From positions 7,515 through 71,514 of the forward strand of contig JAHFHG010000005.1 of assembly GCA_023247035.1 (NCBI GenBank): 64,000 nucleotides of DNA, given 5' to 3'. Position numbers and translations under genes: made by a program. Positions 27,598 to 37,201 of this stretch are shown here, one piece after another. The stretch is from Candidatus Omnitrophota bacterium. Lineage in GTDB: Bacteria > Omnitrophota > Omnitrophia > Omnitrophales > Aquincolibacteriaceae. Below the pieces are notes generated by a model. It had not been told where the DNA came from, made no database searches, and saw only the letters and a program-made list of their open reading frames with translations. Position 1 is the stretch's first letter, and each line of letters starts with the position of its first letter.

Positions 27598-28506
27598 TCA
27601 TGGGTTTTGAATCGAAGCCCGGGCGCGCTTCGGGCGAACCCATTCGTCAATCCACGGGGTTAAGGCATTCATGAAAAGGACGGCAAAAATAATCCCGCCG
27701 GAGGGCGATCCCCGGCGCATAAAAACCGTGCAAACGGCCGCCCCCAGCGCAAAAAGCCAGTTTCCTTTTTGAGTCGACGGCGTCGTGACGGGATCTGTGA
27801 TGAAAAAAAAGGCGGCGAAAAAAGCGCCGCCCCACAAAAGATTCTTCCAGGGATCCAAGCCCGCCGCGCGAGAAAACAAAAAGAGGGCCCCTAAAAAAAT
27901 GGCGGGGACCCTCCAATCGATATATTTTTTCCAGATCAGCGCCAACCCTCCGGCTAAAAGCGCGGCCGCGCTCGTTTCACCGATCATCCCGGCGTCGTGG
28001 CCCAAAAAAAGACCGGGCGCCGGCAATCCCCCGCCGTCAAGGCTGAGCGGATGATTTGTCAAAATTCCGGTAAGCGGCTCTGGAGTCCGGCTCATCCCTT
28101 CCGGGAAAATGGCCCACAAAAAACCGGCGCCCAGAAGCGACGGGTGAAACGGATTTGCGCCCAAGCCTCCGAAAATTTCCTTCCCGAATAAAACCGTCAC
28201 GAAGCCGCCAAGAATGACTCTCCAAAAGGGAATGCCGGCCGGCATCAGCATTGAAAAAAGAAGGGCGGATAAAACTGTAAACCCGTTATAAAATGCCGGC
28301 TTTTTCCCAAACAGACGCGCGCTTAGGAATTCCGTAACCAGCCCCGTCAAAACCGCGGTGAAGACAATCCTTGCGGCATCCCAGCGGAACCAAAAAAAAG
28401 CGCTCGCAAGCGATGGAATAAGAGCCGCAACCGTAATCCAGAATCGCTGAGGCACGGAATCAAACGCTTTGATATGAGGCGGAAAAGTTGTGCGGTAAGG
28501 GGTCAT
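27598..28506 (-). CDS. rnfD: electron transport complex subunit RnfD/NqrB family
   Basis: 302 aa polytopic; GGLGANPFHPSLLGAGFL matches the RnfD GxNPFNPAL region. Confidence 0.7.
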   Translation of the reverse strand: MTPYRTTFPPHIKAFDSVPQRFWITVAALIPSLASAFFWFRWDAARIVFTAVLTGLVTEFLSARLFGKKPAFYNGFTVLSALLFSMLMPAGIPFWRVILGGFVTVLFGKEIFGGLGANPFHPSLLGAGFLWAIFPEGMSRTPEPLTGILTNHPLSLDGGGLPAPGLFLGHDAGMIGETSAAALLAGGLALIWKKYIDWRVPAIFLGALFLFSRAAGLDPWKNLLWGGAFFAAFFFITDPVTTPSTQKGNWLFALGAAVCTVFMRRGSPSGGIIFAVLFMNALTPWIDEWVRPKRARASIQNP

Positions 28507-28611
28507 TGGAATGCCGGCAAAGCGTCTGTCTTATGTAACTTGAGTTGTGCAAATTTTGTTTTTCTTTCCGTCATTGTAAGAATGAAAAGGGTTATCTTTG
28601 ATGAAAGACCC

Positions 28612-29907
28612 TTAGGATTTTTTGGCCGTCCCGCCCAACTCGTTTTGAACAATCTTCTCAAAATTTTCGTACGGCTGAGCCCCGGAAACAGGATTGCCAT
28701 TGATAAAAAACGCCGGCGTTCCTCTGACCCCGGCAGCCTCGCCCGCCGCGATATCCTTTTTAACCGAATCCTTGTATCTCCCTTTGGCGAGGCATTCCTC
28801 GAATTTTTTTCTCTTCATCCCGGCCTCGTCCGCCAGACGGCTCAAGACGGCGTCGCCTTCGGCCAGGGCCGCCTGATTTTCAAAAAGCTTGTCGTGATAT
28901 TCCCAGAATTTTCCTTGTTCGGCCGCGCACTGAGACGCCTCGTGAGTCCGCTGGGACCCCTGATGAAAACTCAAAGGAAAATGCCGCCAAATTCTGCGGA
29001 CTTTTTTAGGATAATTTTCCAGCAGTTTATCGAGCGTCGGGCCTACCCTTTTACAAAAAGGGCAGTGGAAATCACTGAACTCGACGAGCGTAACCGGCGC
29101 GGATTGCGGGCCCTTCGAAGGTTTCCCCTCAAGATCACTGAAGAAAACCGGTTTCTTCGGCTCCGGGGAAACCTGCCGCGGCGCAGCCCTTGAAGGAGCC
29201 GCGGGCTGATTTTGATTTCCCCTCTTGGGATTCAAAATACTCTCCATAAGCTGCTCAAATTGCTCCGGCACGAACGTGCCCGAGCTCCGGTATTCATTGG
29301 CGACCTTAATCACAAAAGTGGGCGTTCCGAAAATATTATCTTCCTTGGCCCGCCGGATTTCTTCCTGAATAGCCTTCCGGTATTTTCCGCTTTTCAGGCA
29401 TTCTTGAAAGCGGTTCGGCTCGACGCCTGCGCCTTGGGCAATACGCGCAAGATCCAATTCCTTCGGAGGTTCTGGGAGATCAAAAACAGCGTCGTGAAAC
29501 GGCCAAAATTTTCCTTGCTCATAAGCGCACGCCGAGGCTTCGTGAGTGAAGAACGCGCCGGAGCCGGGAGAAGAGCCCGCATTGGGGAAATGGCGGAAAA
29601 TCATACGGACTGTCGTGGGATACTGCGTCATTATTTTTTTCACGCTCGCAGCCGCCAACCGGCTGTAAGGGCAATGAAAGTCCGCATATTCGATAAGGGT
29701 TACCGGGGCTTTATCGACATACCGGTAAGGCGCGGCCAGCTGGGCTGAGTTATCCGATAGAACAGCTTTCTCCTCGGCCTTGCTAAAAAGGCATTTTGAA
29801 CCTAAGCGCGGGATCGAAACGCCGGCGGCCTTGATCAGCAGGATCAAGAGCATTGAAAGAACCGCTCCTGACATAAGGCCTAAAAAGAAAAGTTTATTTT
29901 TCTCCAT
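28612..29907 (-). CDS. membrane-anchored protein with two tandem DsbA-like thioredoxin domains
   Basis: N-terminal TM anchor, then two DsbA-like modules with CxxC (DFHCPYS and DFHCPFC) separated by a Pro-rich linker (NQNQPAAPSRAAPRQVSPEPKKP); sits between rnfC and rnfD. Confidence 0.6.
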   Translation of the reverse strand: MEKNKLFFLGLMSGAVLSMLLILLIKAAGVSIPRLGSKCLFSKAEEKAVLSDNSAQLAAPYRYVDKAPVTLIEYADFHCPYSRLAAASVKKIMTQYPTTVRMIFRHFPNAGSSPGSGAFFTHEASACAYEQGKFWPFHDAVFDLPEPPKELDLARIAQGAGVEPNRFQECLKSGKYRKAIQEEIRRAKEDNIFGTPTFVIKVANEYRSSGTFVPEQFEQLMESILNPKRGNQNQPAAPSRAAPRQVSPEPKKPVFFSDLEGKPSKGPQSAPVTLVEFSDFHCPFCKRVGPTLDKLLENYPKKVRRIWRHFPLSFHQGSQRTHEASQCAAEQGKFWEYHDKLFENQAALAEGDAVLSRLADEAGMKRKKFEECLAKGRYKDSVKKDIAAGEAAGVRGTPAFFINGNPVSGAQPYENFEKIVQNELGGTAKKS

Positions 29908-31255
29908 AAGAGGAAGTAACGGCTGTTTCAACATTTGTTTTAGAATTTTGCGTTTCAAATTGCGCAGGCTCGGGATCCGGCTTGGAAATGCGCGAAGAAG
30001 CATAACGCAAAAGTTCCAGCATCGGGCGCTTCGAGGGGCACACGTAAGAGCAGTTTCCGCATTCGATGCAGCGCTCGACGCCGTAATCGCGGGCCGTTTC
30101 GAAAAGATCCCGTTCCGCGGCCAGCGTGATCATCACGGGAGAAATTTCAACCGGGCAATGGGCCACGCATTCCCCGCACCGGATACACGGTTCGACTCGC
30201 CCGGGCTTGGCAATTTCCGGAGGAAGCCCCAGGACCGCCGAGGTCGAAGCGATGACCGGCACGGCAAGATGTTCCTGCGCCATTCCCCTCATCGCCCCGC
30301 CCATAATGATTTTCTCTGGCCGGCGAAGCAAACCCCGCGCGCTTTTAATCAAGAATTCAAAATCCGCTCCGATGCGCGCCCAAACATTCTGTGGTTCCAC
30401 GATACATTCTCCGCCCACCGTCACGACCCTTTCATAAAAAGGCTTCTGAAGCGCGACCGCTTCGTAAGCCGCAAACGCGGCGGCCGGTTCAAAGACAGCG
30501 ATCGAATCTTCTGTTTCCTTGGAGCGAAATTGTTCAATGAGCAAAGAGGGCTCGTCTTGAGGAAATAGGGACGGAAAGATCCGGACCTCAAAATTTTTCC
30601 ACTTGAGGAAATAAATCTTGCTCTTCAGGATCTCCGCGGACTCCATCTTATCCGTTTCGGTCGCAATCATGACCCGTTCCGCCTCCGCCGCGCGCCGCAA
30701 AATCTCCGCGCCCTTCAAAAGTTCCAAAGGATGCGCCATCATTAACGCCTGGGCCGCGCTCACGTAAGGATCGGATTCGCAGGCGTTGATCACCATCGTG
30801 CGGATTCCCCGATGTTTCAAGATTTTTACGTGAAGGGGCATATTTTCGCGCTTGAAATCCGTGAGCCCCGCGTCGCGAAAAAGATTCAAATAATCTTCCG
30901 CGGAAAAAATCTCCCAGCCTTTTCTTTCAACGCCGATTTCGGCAAGCCGGCTGTCGCGCGAATCGGAAGTAATCTCAACACCGGAAGCAATGCCTTTTAA
31001 AGGATGCGGGAAAAATCCGAGGCCCGTCACTTCTCCCGCCACGCTGGAATGAATCGCGAGAGATTCGCCGCCGGAAGGAAGCGCGATCGTTTCTCCGACT
31101 TTCACGCGCGCGCCGAGGGCGACGCAGGGAACCGCCGGAGGCCCTGAAAAATCATCGTAAGGGATCCTGACTTTTGCCGGTGGAAACGGGCGGCGGATCT
31201 TGCAGGAAAGCAGGCTCGATTCTTTTTTGGATTTAAGAAGGATTCCCGGTGACAT
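29894..31255 (-). CDS. rnfC: electron transport complex subunit RnfC (NADH-binding, 2x[4Fe-4S])
   Basis: Two ferredoxin-type clusters CIRCGECVAHCP and CIECGNCSYVCP; RnfC N-terminal barrel-sandwich and 51-kDa-like region; track ORF extends to 31315. Confidence 0.75.
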   Translation of the reverse strand: MSPGILLKSKKESSLLSCKIRRPFPPAKVRIPYDDFSGPPAVPCVALGARVKVGETIALPSGGESLAIHSSVAGEVTGLGFFPHPLKGIASGVEITSDSRDSRLAEIGVERKGWEIFSAEDYLNLFRDAGLTDFKRENMPLHVKILKHRGIRTMVINACESDPYVSAAQALMMAHPLELLKGAEILRRAAEAERVMIATETDKMESAEILKSKIYFLKWKNFEVRIFPSLFPQDEPSLLIEQFRSKETEDSIAVFEPAAAFAAYEAVALQKPFYERVVTVGGECIVEPQNVWARIGADFEFLIKSARGLLRRPEKIIMGGAMRGMAQEHLAVPVIASTSAVLGLPPEIAKPGRVEPCIRCGECVAHCPVEISPVMITLAAERDLFETARDYGVERCIECGNCSYVCPSKRPMLELLRYASSRISKPDPEPAQFETQNSKTNVETAVTSSYGEK

Positions 31256-31399
31256 GATTTTGTGTGTTGTTGATTTCAATAAAAAAAATAATTTTATTGC
31301 CCCCTGCAGAATCAATTTTAAGGGCGTATGGCAACCTGCCGGCTCGCCTTTCGGCGGACCTGCGGCGAGCGAGGCAGGTACGCCCCTACAGTGGGAACG

Positions 31400-32290
31400 T
31401 CAGTTTTGAATCTTCAACCCGTCGTTTAATTTTCCTTGGCGATACCCTTCCGGATCAATCTCAACGGATTCAAACCCGAGCTGCTTCAATTTTGAGGAAA
31501 TTTTTTCAGTGAGCGCCGGATCCGAAATGAGACGGGCCAATTCCTCTTTTCCTAATTCCACTTTCGCATCATTTCCAAAATGCCGGAGCCGGACGATCCG
31601 GAATCCGCACGATTTTAAAAAAGCCTCGCCTAAATCAACTTGCCGGAGTTTGGCCGGCGTAATTTGCTCGCCGTAAGGAAAACGGCTTGAGAGGCAGGCG
31701 GCGGCGGGCTTATTCCAAGTCGGAAGCCCCAGTCCGCGGGAAATTTCCCGGATCTCGCTTTTGATAAGGCCCGCCTCCACAAGCGGGCTTTTAATCTGAT
31801 GCTCCGCCGCCGCGACCAGCCCGGGACGCCAATCGCCGAGGTCGTCTACGTTCACTCCATTGGCAATCGTTTTGATCTTCCACCGGCCGGCAAGATTTGT
31901 AAGCTGAGTATAAAGCTCCGTTTTGCAAAAGTAGCAGCGGTTGGCGGGATTGGCGGCGTAATTCGGATTTTCAATCTCCCGCGTTTCGATCCAGGAATGG
32001 TCAATGTCAAACTGATCCTTCAAGGATTCCACTTCTTTGAGTTCGGCCTGCGGCAGGGATTCGCTCTTTGCGGTCACGGCCTTTATCCGTTCACGTCCGA
32101 GGACGTCCCGCGCCACCTTCGCCACCAGCGCGGAATCGCAGCCCCCGGAGAAAGCAATGATCACGCTTTCATAGGAAGCCAGAATCTTTTTAAGGCTCTC
32201 GTATTTCTCAGGCAAAGGAATCAATCCAGCCTCCTCCCAAAACGCGCGGGCCGTCGTAGAAAACCGCGGCCTGGCCCGGGGTGATGGCAT
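31400..32290 (-). CDS. PP-loop ATP pyrophosphatase, LarE/TIGR00268-like family
   Basis: SGGCDS PP-loop, NP..RCYFCK and AAACLSSRFPYG segments typical of the LarE-like family. Confidence 0.55.
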   Translation of the reverse strand: MPSPRARPRFSTTARAFWEEAGLIPLPEKYESLKKILASYESVIIAFSGGCDSALVAKVARDVLGRERIKAVTAKSESLPQAELKEVESLKDQFDIDHSWIETREIENPNYAANPANRCYFCKTELYTQLTNLAGRWKIKTIANGVNVDDLGDWRPGLVAAAEHQIKSPLVEAGLIKSEIREISRGLGLPTWNKPAAACLSSRFPYGEQITPAKLRQVDLGEAFLKSCGFRIVRLRHFGNDAKVELGKEELARLISDPALTEKISSKLKQLGFESVEIDPEGYRQGKLNDGLKIQN

Positions 32291-33305
32291 CTTGCGGCTC
32301 GTCGAAAGTAACTCTTACAGACTTATAATCGCTTCCGACTTCCAGCGCTGCGGGAGCCTTTTTGTGCTGGGAACGGATTTTCACCTGAGCGCGGAAATGC
32401 AGCCTCTCGCCCGGATTTAAGAACCAGTTGACCTTTCCCACTTCACAGGTACGATTGAAGACCTCCTCCTTGGCGCCGACCACAATTTCGTTTTTTTCAG
32501 GATCCGTATCGATCACGTAAAGCCGCTCCGAGTGGGCGACTCCCAATCCTCTTCGCTGCCCTCTTGTATAATGAAAAAATCCCGAATGTTCGCCTAAGAT
32601 TTTTCCGTCTTTTGTGCGGATTGCGCCTCGAGATTGAGCCTGAGCAGCCTCTGGTTTTTCGCGTTTCAAAAACGTCCCGTAATCATTGCTCGGGATAAAA
32701 CAAATTTCCTGGGAATCGGGCTTGTCCGCGACGCAAAGATTCCTATTTTTGGCCTCGGCTCGGATCTCAGCCTTCGTGTAGCGGCCCAGCGGAAGCGTAA
32801 GATGTTTTAAAACATCGCTGTCCAGAGGAAACAAAACATAAGACTGGTCTTTGGAGCTGTCCAGGCCTTCTGAAAGAAAAAAAGCTTCGTTTGGAGCGTC
32901 GTAATCCAGACGGGCGTAATGGCCGGTGGCGATAAAATCGTAGCCAAGCTGGCGCGCGCGGGAAAGAAACAGACGGAATTTAATGTGCTCATTGCAGGCA
33001 ATGCAGGGATTCGGCGTGCGGCCTTTGAGGTATTCGGCGGTAAAATAATCCACGACGTATTGCTTGAACTCTTTTTCGAAATTAAAAACCCAATAACGAA
33101 TGCCTAAAGTATCCGCCACCTCGCGCGCGTCTTCAACTCCCGTAAGCCCGCAGCACGTTTTGGTATTACGGTCCGCGCACGTCTCCGAGGCCCAGGTGCG
33201 GATCGTAGCTCCGGCCACCTCGTGGCCTTCCTCTTTCAACAAGGCCGCCGCCACCGAGCTGTCCACTCCGCCGCTCATGGCCACAAGGATTTTTTTTCTG
33301 TCCAT
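32208..33305 (-). CDS. mnmA: tRNA 2-thiouridine(34) synthase
   Basis: 365 aa; PP-loop AMSGGVDSS and conserved MnmA Cys residues. Confidence 0.88.
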   Translation of the reverse strand: MDRKKILVAMSGGVDSSVAAALLKEEGHEVAGATIRTWASETCADRNTKTCCGLTGVEDAREVADTLGIRYWVFNFEKEFKQYVVDYFTAEYLKGRTPNPCIACNEHIKFRLFLSRARQLGYDFIATGHYARLDYDAPNEAFFLSEGLDSSKDQSYVLFPLDSDVLKHLTLPLGRYTKAEIRAEAKNRNLCVADKPDSQEICFIPSNDYGTFLKREKPEAAQAQSRGAIRTKDGKILGEHSGFFHYTRGQRRGLGVAHSERLYVIDTDPEKNEIVVGAKEEVFNRTCEVGKVNWFLNPGERLHFRAQVKIRSQHKKAPAALEVGSDYKSVRVTFDEPQDAITPGQAAVFYDGPRVLGGGWIDSFA

Positions 33306-33334
33306 AAAATTTCCCGGAAATTATTTGAAAACGA

Positions 33335-34075
<741 letters not shown>

Positions 34076-34134
34076 TTAAAGGAACGTGCAATCCGCCGAG
34101 GATCGTGATGGATCGTCATTGTGATTTGAACGGC

Positions 34135-35523
34135 TCACTGATCTTCCGCTTCTTCCCGAATGGATTCATAGGTGACATCAAGCAGAAAATTTAATTCCTC
34201 ATGAGAAATCGTTAAAGGCGGCATCAAAACAATCACCGGGCCCAGCGGGCGCAGGATCACACCTTTTTTTTTGGCGCGCCGGGTCACGCGAAGGCCTATC
34301 TTTTCGCGCCAGGGGAAAGGCTCCTTTGTCTTCGCGTCCTTCACAAGCTCAATGCCGATCATAAATCCTGCCTGCCGAATATCGCCGACAATCGGAATGT
34401 TATAAAAATCCGCAAGCCTTCGCTGCGCAAGACTGATTTTGAGTTCCAGTTTTTCCAGGACCCTGTTTTTTCCAAAAAGCTTCAAGCTCGCAAGCGCGGC
34501 GCTGCACGCTAAGGGATTGGCCGTAAATGTATGGCCGTGGAAAAAAGTTTTGAATTCTTGGTACTCTCCCAGGAAAGCGCTGTAAATTTTTTCGGTTGCA
34601 AGGGTCGCAGCAAGGGGAAGGTACCCGCCGGATAACCCCTTTGCGACGGCCATAAGATCAGGGGCCGCATTTTCCTGCCGGCTTGCAAACAAGCTCCCCG
34701 TTCTCCCAAAACCAGTTGCCACCTCGTCGGCAATAAGCAGCACATTATACTTTCTGGTCAGTTCCCTTGCACGCGAAATGTAGCCGGAGGGCTGATCAAT
34801 CATTCCCGCCGCGCCCTGCATCAGAGGCTCCAAGACAAGCGCCGCGATTTCTTGATGATGCCGGGCGAGCACCTTCTCAAGCCCGCTCAAGGCCTCGTCT
34901 CGGACCCTGTCGGCCTCACTTCCTCCCGGCCACCGGTACCGGTAAGGAGAAGGGGCGCTGAAGGTCTCAAAAAGAAGCGGCCTGTAAATTTCGTGGAAAA
35001 GATCAATCCCTCCGACACTTACGGATCCCAGGGTATCGCCGTGATAAGCGTTGACCAGCTTGACAAATTTGGTCTTGGCGGGTTTGCCGGTCTGGCGCCA
35101 GTATTGATACGCCATCTTCAAAGCAATTTCAACGGCCTCGGAACCGGAGTCGGAATAAAAAACCCGCGCCAATCCCGCCGGGGCGATACGGATTAATGCT
35201 TCGGCAAGCAGGATCGCGGGGCCATTGGAAAGCCCAAGGAAGGTGGAATGAGAAATGGCGTTAAGTTGTTTTTTGACGGCCGCGTCGATTTCTTTGACGC
35301 GGTGGCCGTGGACATTGCACCAAAGGGAGGAAACGCCGTCCAAATAACGTTTGCCGTCCATATCCTCAAGCCAGACGCCGCTGCCGCTGCGAATAATCGT
35401 GATTTTTTCCTTCTCCCAATCTTTCATTTGGGTAAAAGGATGCCACACGTATTTTTTGTCTTTGGCTTCTAAGGATCGCTTTTTATAAGCCTTTTTTTTT
35501 ACGGCCGTCTTCACCGATTGCAT
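34135..35523 (-). CDS. bioA: adenosylmethionine-8-amino-7-oxononanoate aminotransferase
   Basis: 462 aa class-III aminotransferase with a BioA-type N-terminus (YVWHPFTQM). Confidence 0.85.
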   Translation of the reverse strand: MQSVKTAVKKKAYKKRSLEAKDKKYVWHPFTQMKDWEKEKITIIRSGSGVWLEDMDGKRYLDGVSSLWCNVHGHRVKEIDAAVKKQLNAISHSTFLGLSNGPAILLAEALIRIAPAGLARVFYSDSGSEAVEIALKMAYQYWRQTGKPAKTKFVKLVNAYHGDTLGSVSVGGIDLFHEIYRPLLFETFSAPSPYRYRWPGGSEADRVRDEALSGLEKVLARHHQEIAALVLEPLMQGAAGMIDQPSGYISRARELTRKYNVLLIADEVATGFGRTGSLFASRQENAAPDLMAVAKGLSGGYLPLAATLATEKIYSAFLGEYQEFKTFFHGHTFTANPLACSAALASLKLFGKNRVLEKLELKISLAQRRLADFYNIPIVGDIRQAGFMIGIELVKDAKTKEPFPWREKIGLRVTRRAKKKGVILRPLGPVIVLMPPLTISHEELNFLLDVTYESIREEAEDQ

Positions 35524-35600
35524 TTCTTGCAGCTTTTCGCCTTCCGCCCTGACGAGCGGGCCGGGGACAAAGGCTTTTAAATCAGAACAACGATTGATTT

Positions 35601-36359
35601 TTAAACGAGCGGCGGGCCCTCTTCGCAGTGCAGGAGCCGGGTCTTCTTCCTCAGCGTCCTAAGGACAATGTAAACAAAAAAGCCGATACTCAAAAAGAAA
35701 ATCCAAACCGGCCGGAATTCAAGCTCGTGGTTCCCCAATAATTCAGCAAAGAATTTAATGGCGACGAACCCGGCGATGATGCCGAAGAAAGTTGAATATT
35801 CGCGTTTCAAGACCATACGCCACGAAAATCGGGCCGCCGGCCTGCGCCACTTCCGCAGATTGGGGAAAAACGCGGGCGTTGCGTCGGCCCATTTTTGGAA
35901 AGTTTCTCCAAATTCCTTTTCGAGGAATGCCTCCTCCGCAAAAATAATCCGCTCATAAAAAAGGCAGAAGAGGAGCGAAAACATAACGACGAACCACCAC
36001 ACCTGAACAAACAAGGCAAATCCGAGGGTGATCATGAAATTTCCAAGGTAAAGCGGATGCCGCATCATCGAGTAAGGGCCTTGGGTATTCAAAAATTTGG
36101 CAAGTTGGCCCTGGGTGTTCCGGCCCGATGTACCTTCCGGAACCCAGCCCACCGTGAGCATCCTCAGCCCAAGGCCGCTGAAGGAAATAAGAATACAAAA
36201 GATTTCCCATACCGTCTGCACTCCGTCCCCAAAATGCCGGCCGATATATTCGGAGTCCCTTAAAGCAGCGAGCAGCAAAGGAAGGATCAGCAGCGGGAAA
36301 TAACTGCGGCGCCTAAAAAGCCAGTTGCCTCTTTTTTCGAAATCGCGGCTGAGATTCAT
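35601..36359 (-). CDS. isoprenylcysteine carboxyl methyltransferase (ICMT/PEMT) family membrane methyltransferase
   Basis: RHPLYLG motif and the EE..L...FG..Y C-terminal motif; polytopic. Confidence 0.6.
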   Translation of the reverse strand: MNLSRDFEKRGNWLFRRRSYFPLLILPLLLAALRDSEYIGRHFGDGVQTVWEIFCILISFSGLGLRMLTVGWVPEGTSGRNTQGQLAKFLNTQGPYSMMRHPLYLGNFMITLGFALFVQVWWFVVMFSLLFCLFYERIIFAEEAFLEKEFGETFQKWADATPAFFPNLRKWRRPAARFSWRMVLKREYSTFFGIIAGFVAIKFFAELLGNHELEFRPVWIFFLSIGFFVYIVLRTLRKKTRLLHCEEGPPLV

Positions 36360-36364
36360 GGAGA

Positions 36365-37135
36365 TTAAAAACTTAAAACCGCAGGGCTGTCCTGGCCGCC
36401 GGCGATACAGCAAATCCGTTTCTTGCCCTGGCGTTTGGCCTGGTCCAGCGCCGCTTGAGCGCGAGAAGAAAACTCCTTCCTCTCCTCGCCGGTTTGATAA
36501 GAAGTGATGCCTGCGCTAAAACCGATATCCATTTTCTCCTCGGCCTGAATGAGAAGGCGGGAAAGAAGTTTTTCAGAACGGACAAGGTCGGTGTGAGGAA
36601 GCGCAATGCAAAAAGTGTCGTTTTCAACGCGGGTTAGAATGTCCGAGGAGCGGGTATGCCCCTGCAGAAAATGGGAGAATGTTCTTAATACCTCGTCGCC
36701 CCGAGCCCGGCCAAACTGCTCATTGCAGGAAGTAAAATGATCCAAATCCAAAAAACACAGCGCGATTGGAAAATGATAACGGCCGGCCCTCCGCAATTCA
36801 TTTTCAAGGGCCTGTTCAAATCCGGCGTGGTTCATCAATCCGGTGAGATCATCGCACAAAAGCCTTCTCTCAAGCTCAAGCCACCGCTTGCGGAAAAGCA
36901 AGGCTGAAACGCCCAAAAGAAGATTCAAAACACAAAGGCCGCCTACCCCGGCCCACAATCCTGCTTCCCTCTTGTTTTGAACAAGCCCTGCCCAATTTCC
37001 TTTAGTAAGATAAAACAAAATGCCTAACGCCAATACGCTGCAAAACCCCGTGGATTTAAGGAAAATTTCTTCGAGCCTTCTGCAGGAGTCCCGCTGACTG
37101 GTAAGATGATGATTTGCTAAGCGGTCAAATTTCAA
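36365..37135 (-). CDS. membrane-anchored degenerate GGDEF-domain protein (A-site ENDTF, I-site RSSD retained)
   Basis: DDLTGLMNHAGF...LDLDHF...GD GGDEF-domain core, but the GG[DE]EF position reads ENDTF; RxxD (RSSD) sits 5 residues upstream, as in PleD. Confidence 0.6.
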   Translation of the reverse strand: MKFDRLANHHLTSQRDSCRRLEEIFLKSTGFCSVLALGILFYLTKGNWAGLVQNKREAGLWAGVGGLCVLNLLLGVSALLFRKRWLELERRLLCDDLTGLMNHAGFEQALENELRRAGRYHFPIALCFLDLDHFTSCNEQFGRARGDEVLRTFSHFLQGHTRSSDILTRVENDTFCIALPHTDLVRSEKLLSRLLIQAEEKMDIGFSAGITSYQTGEERKEFSSRAQAALDQAKRQGKKRICCIAGGQDSPAVLSF

Positions 37136-37201
37136 TCGATGGGTCCTTTTTTCAAGAAACGCGTGTCGGTGTTGCGCGTCATTATCGCACAGCCGGGATC
37201 T

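Noticed and set aside
28474-30568. 239-aa and 262-aa plus-strand ORFs
   Set aside because: Both are antisense to the DsbA-like and rnfC genes; Arg-rich low-complexity translations.
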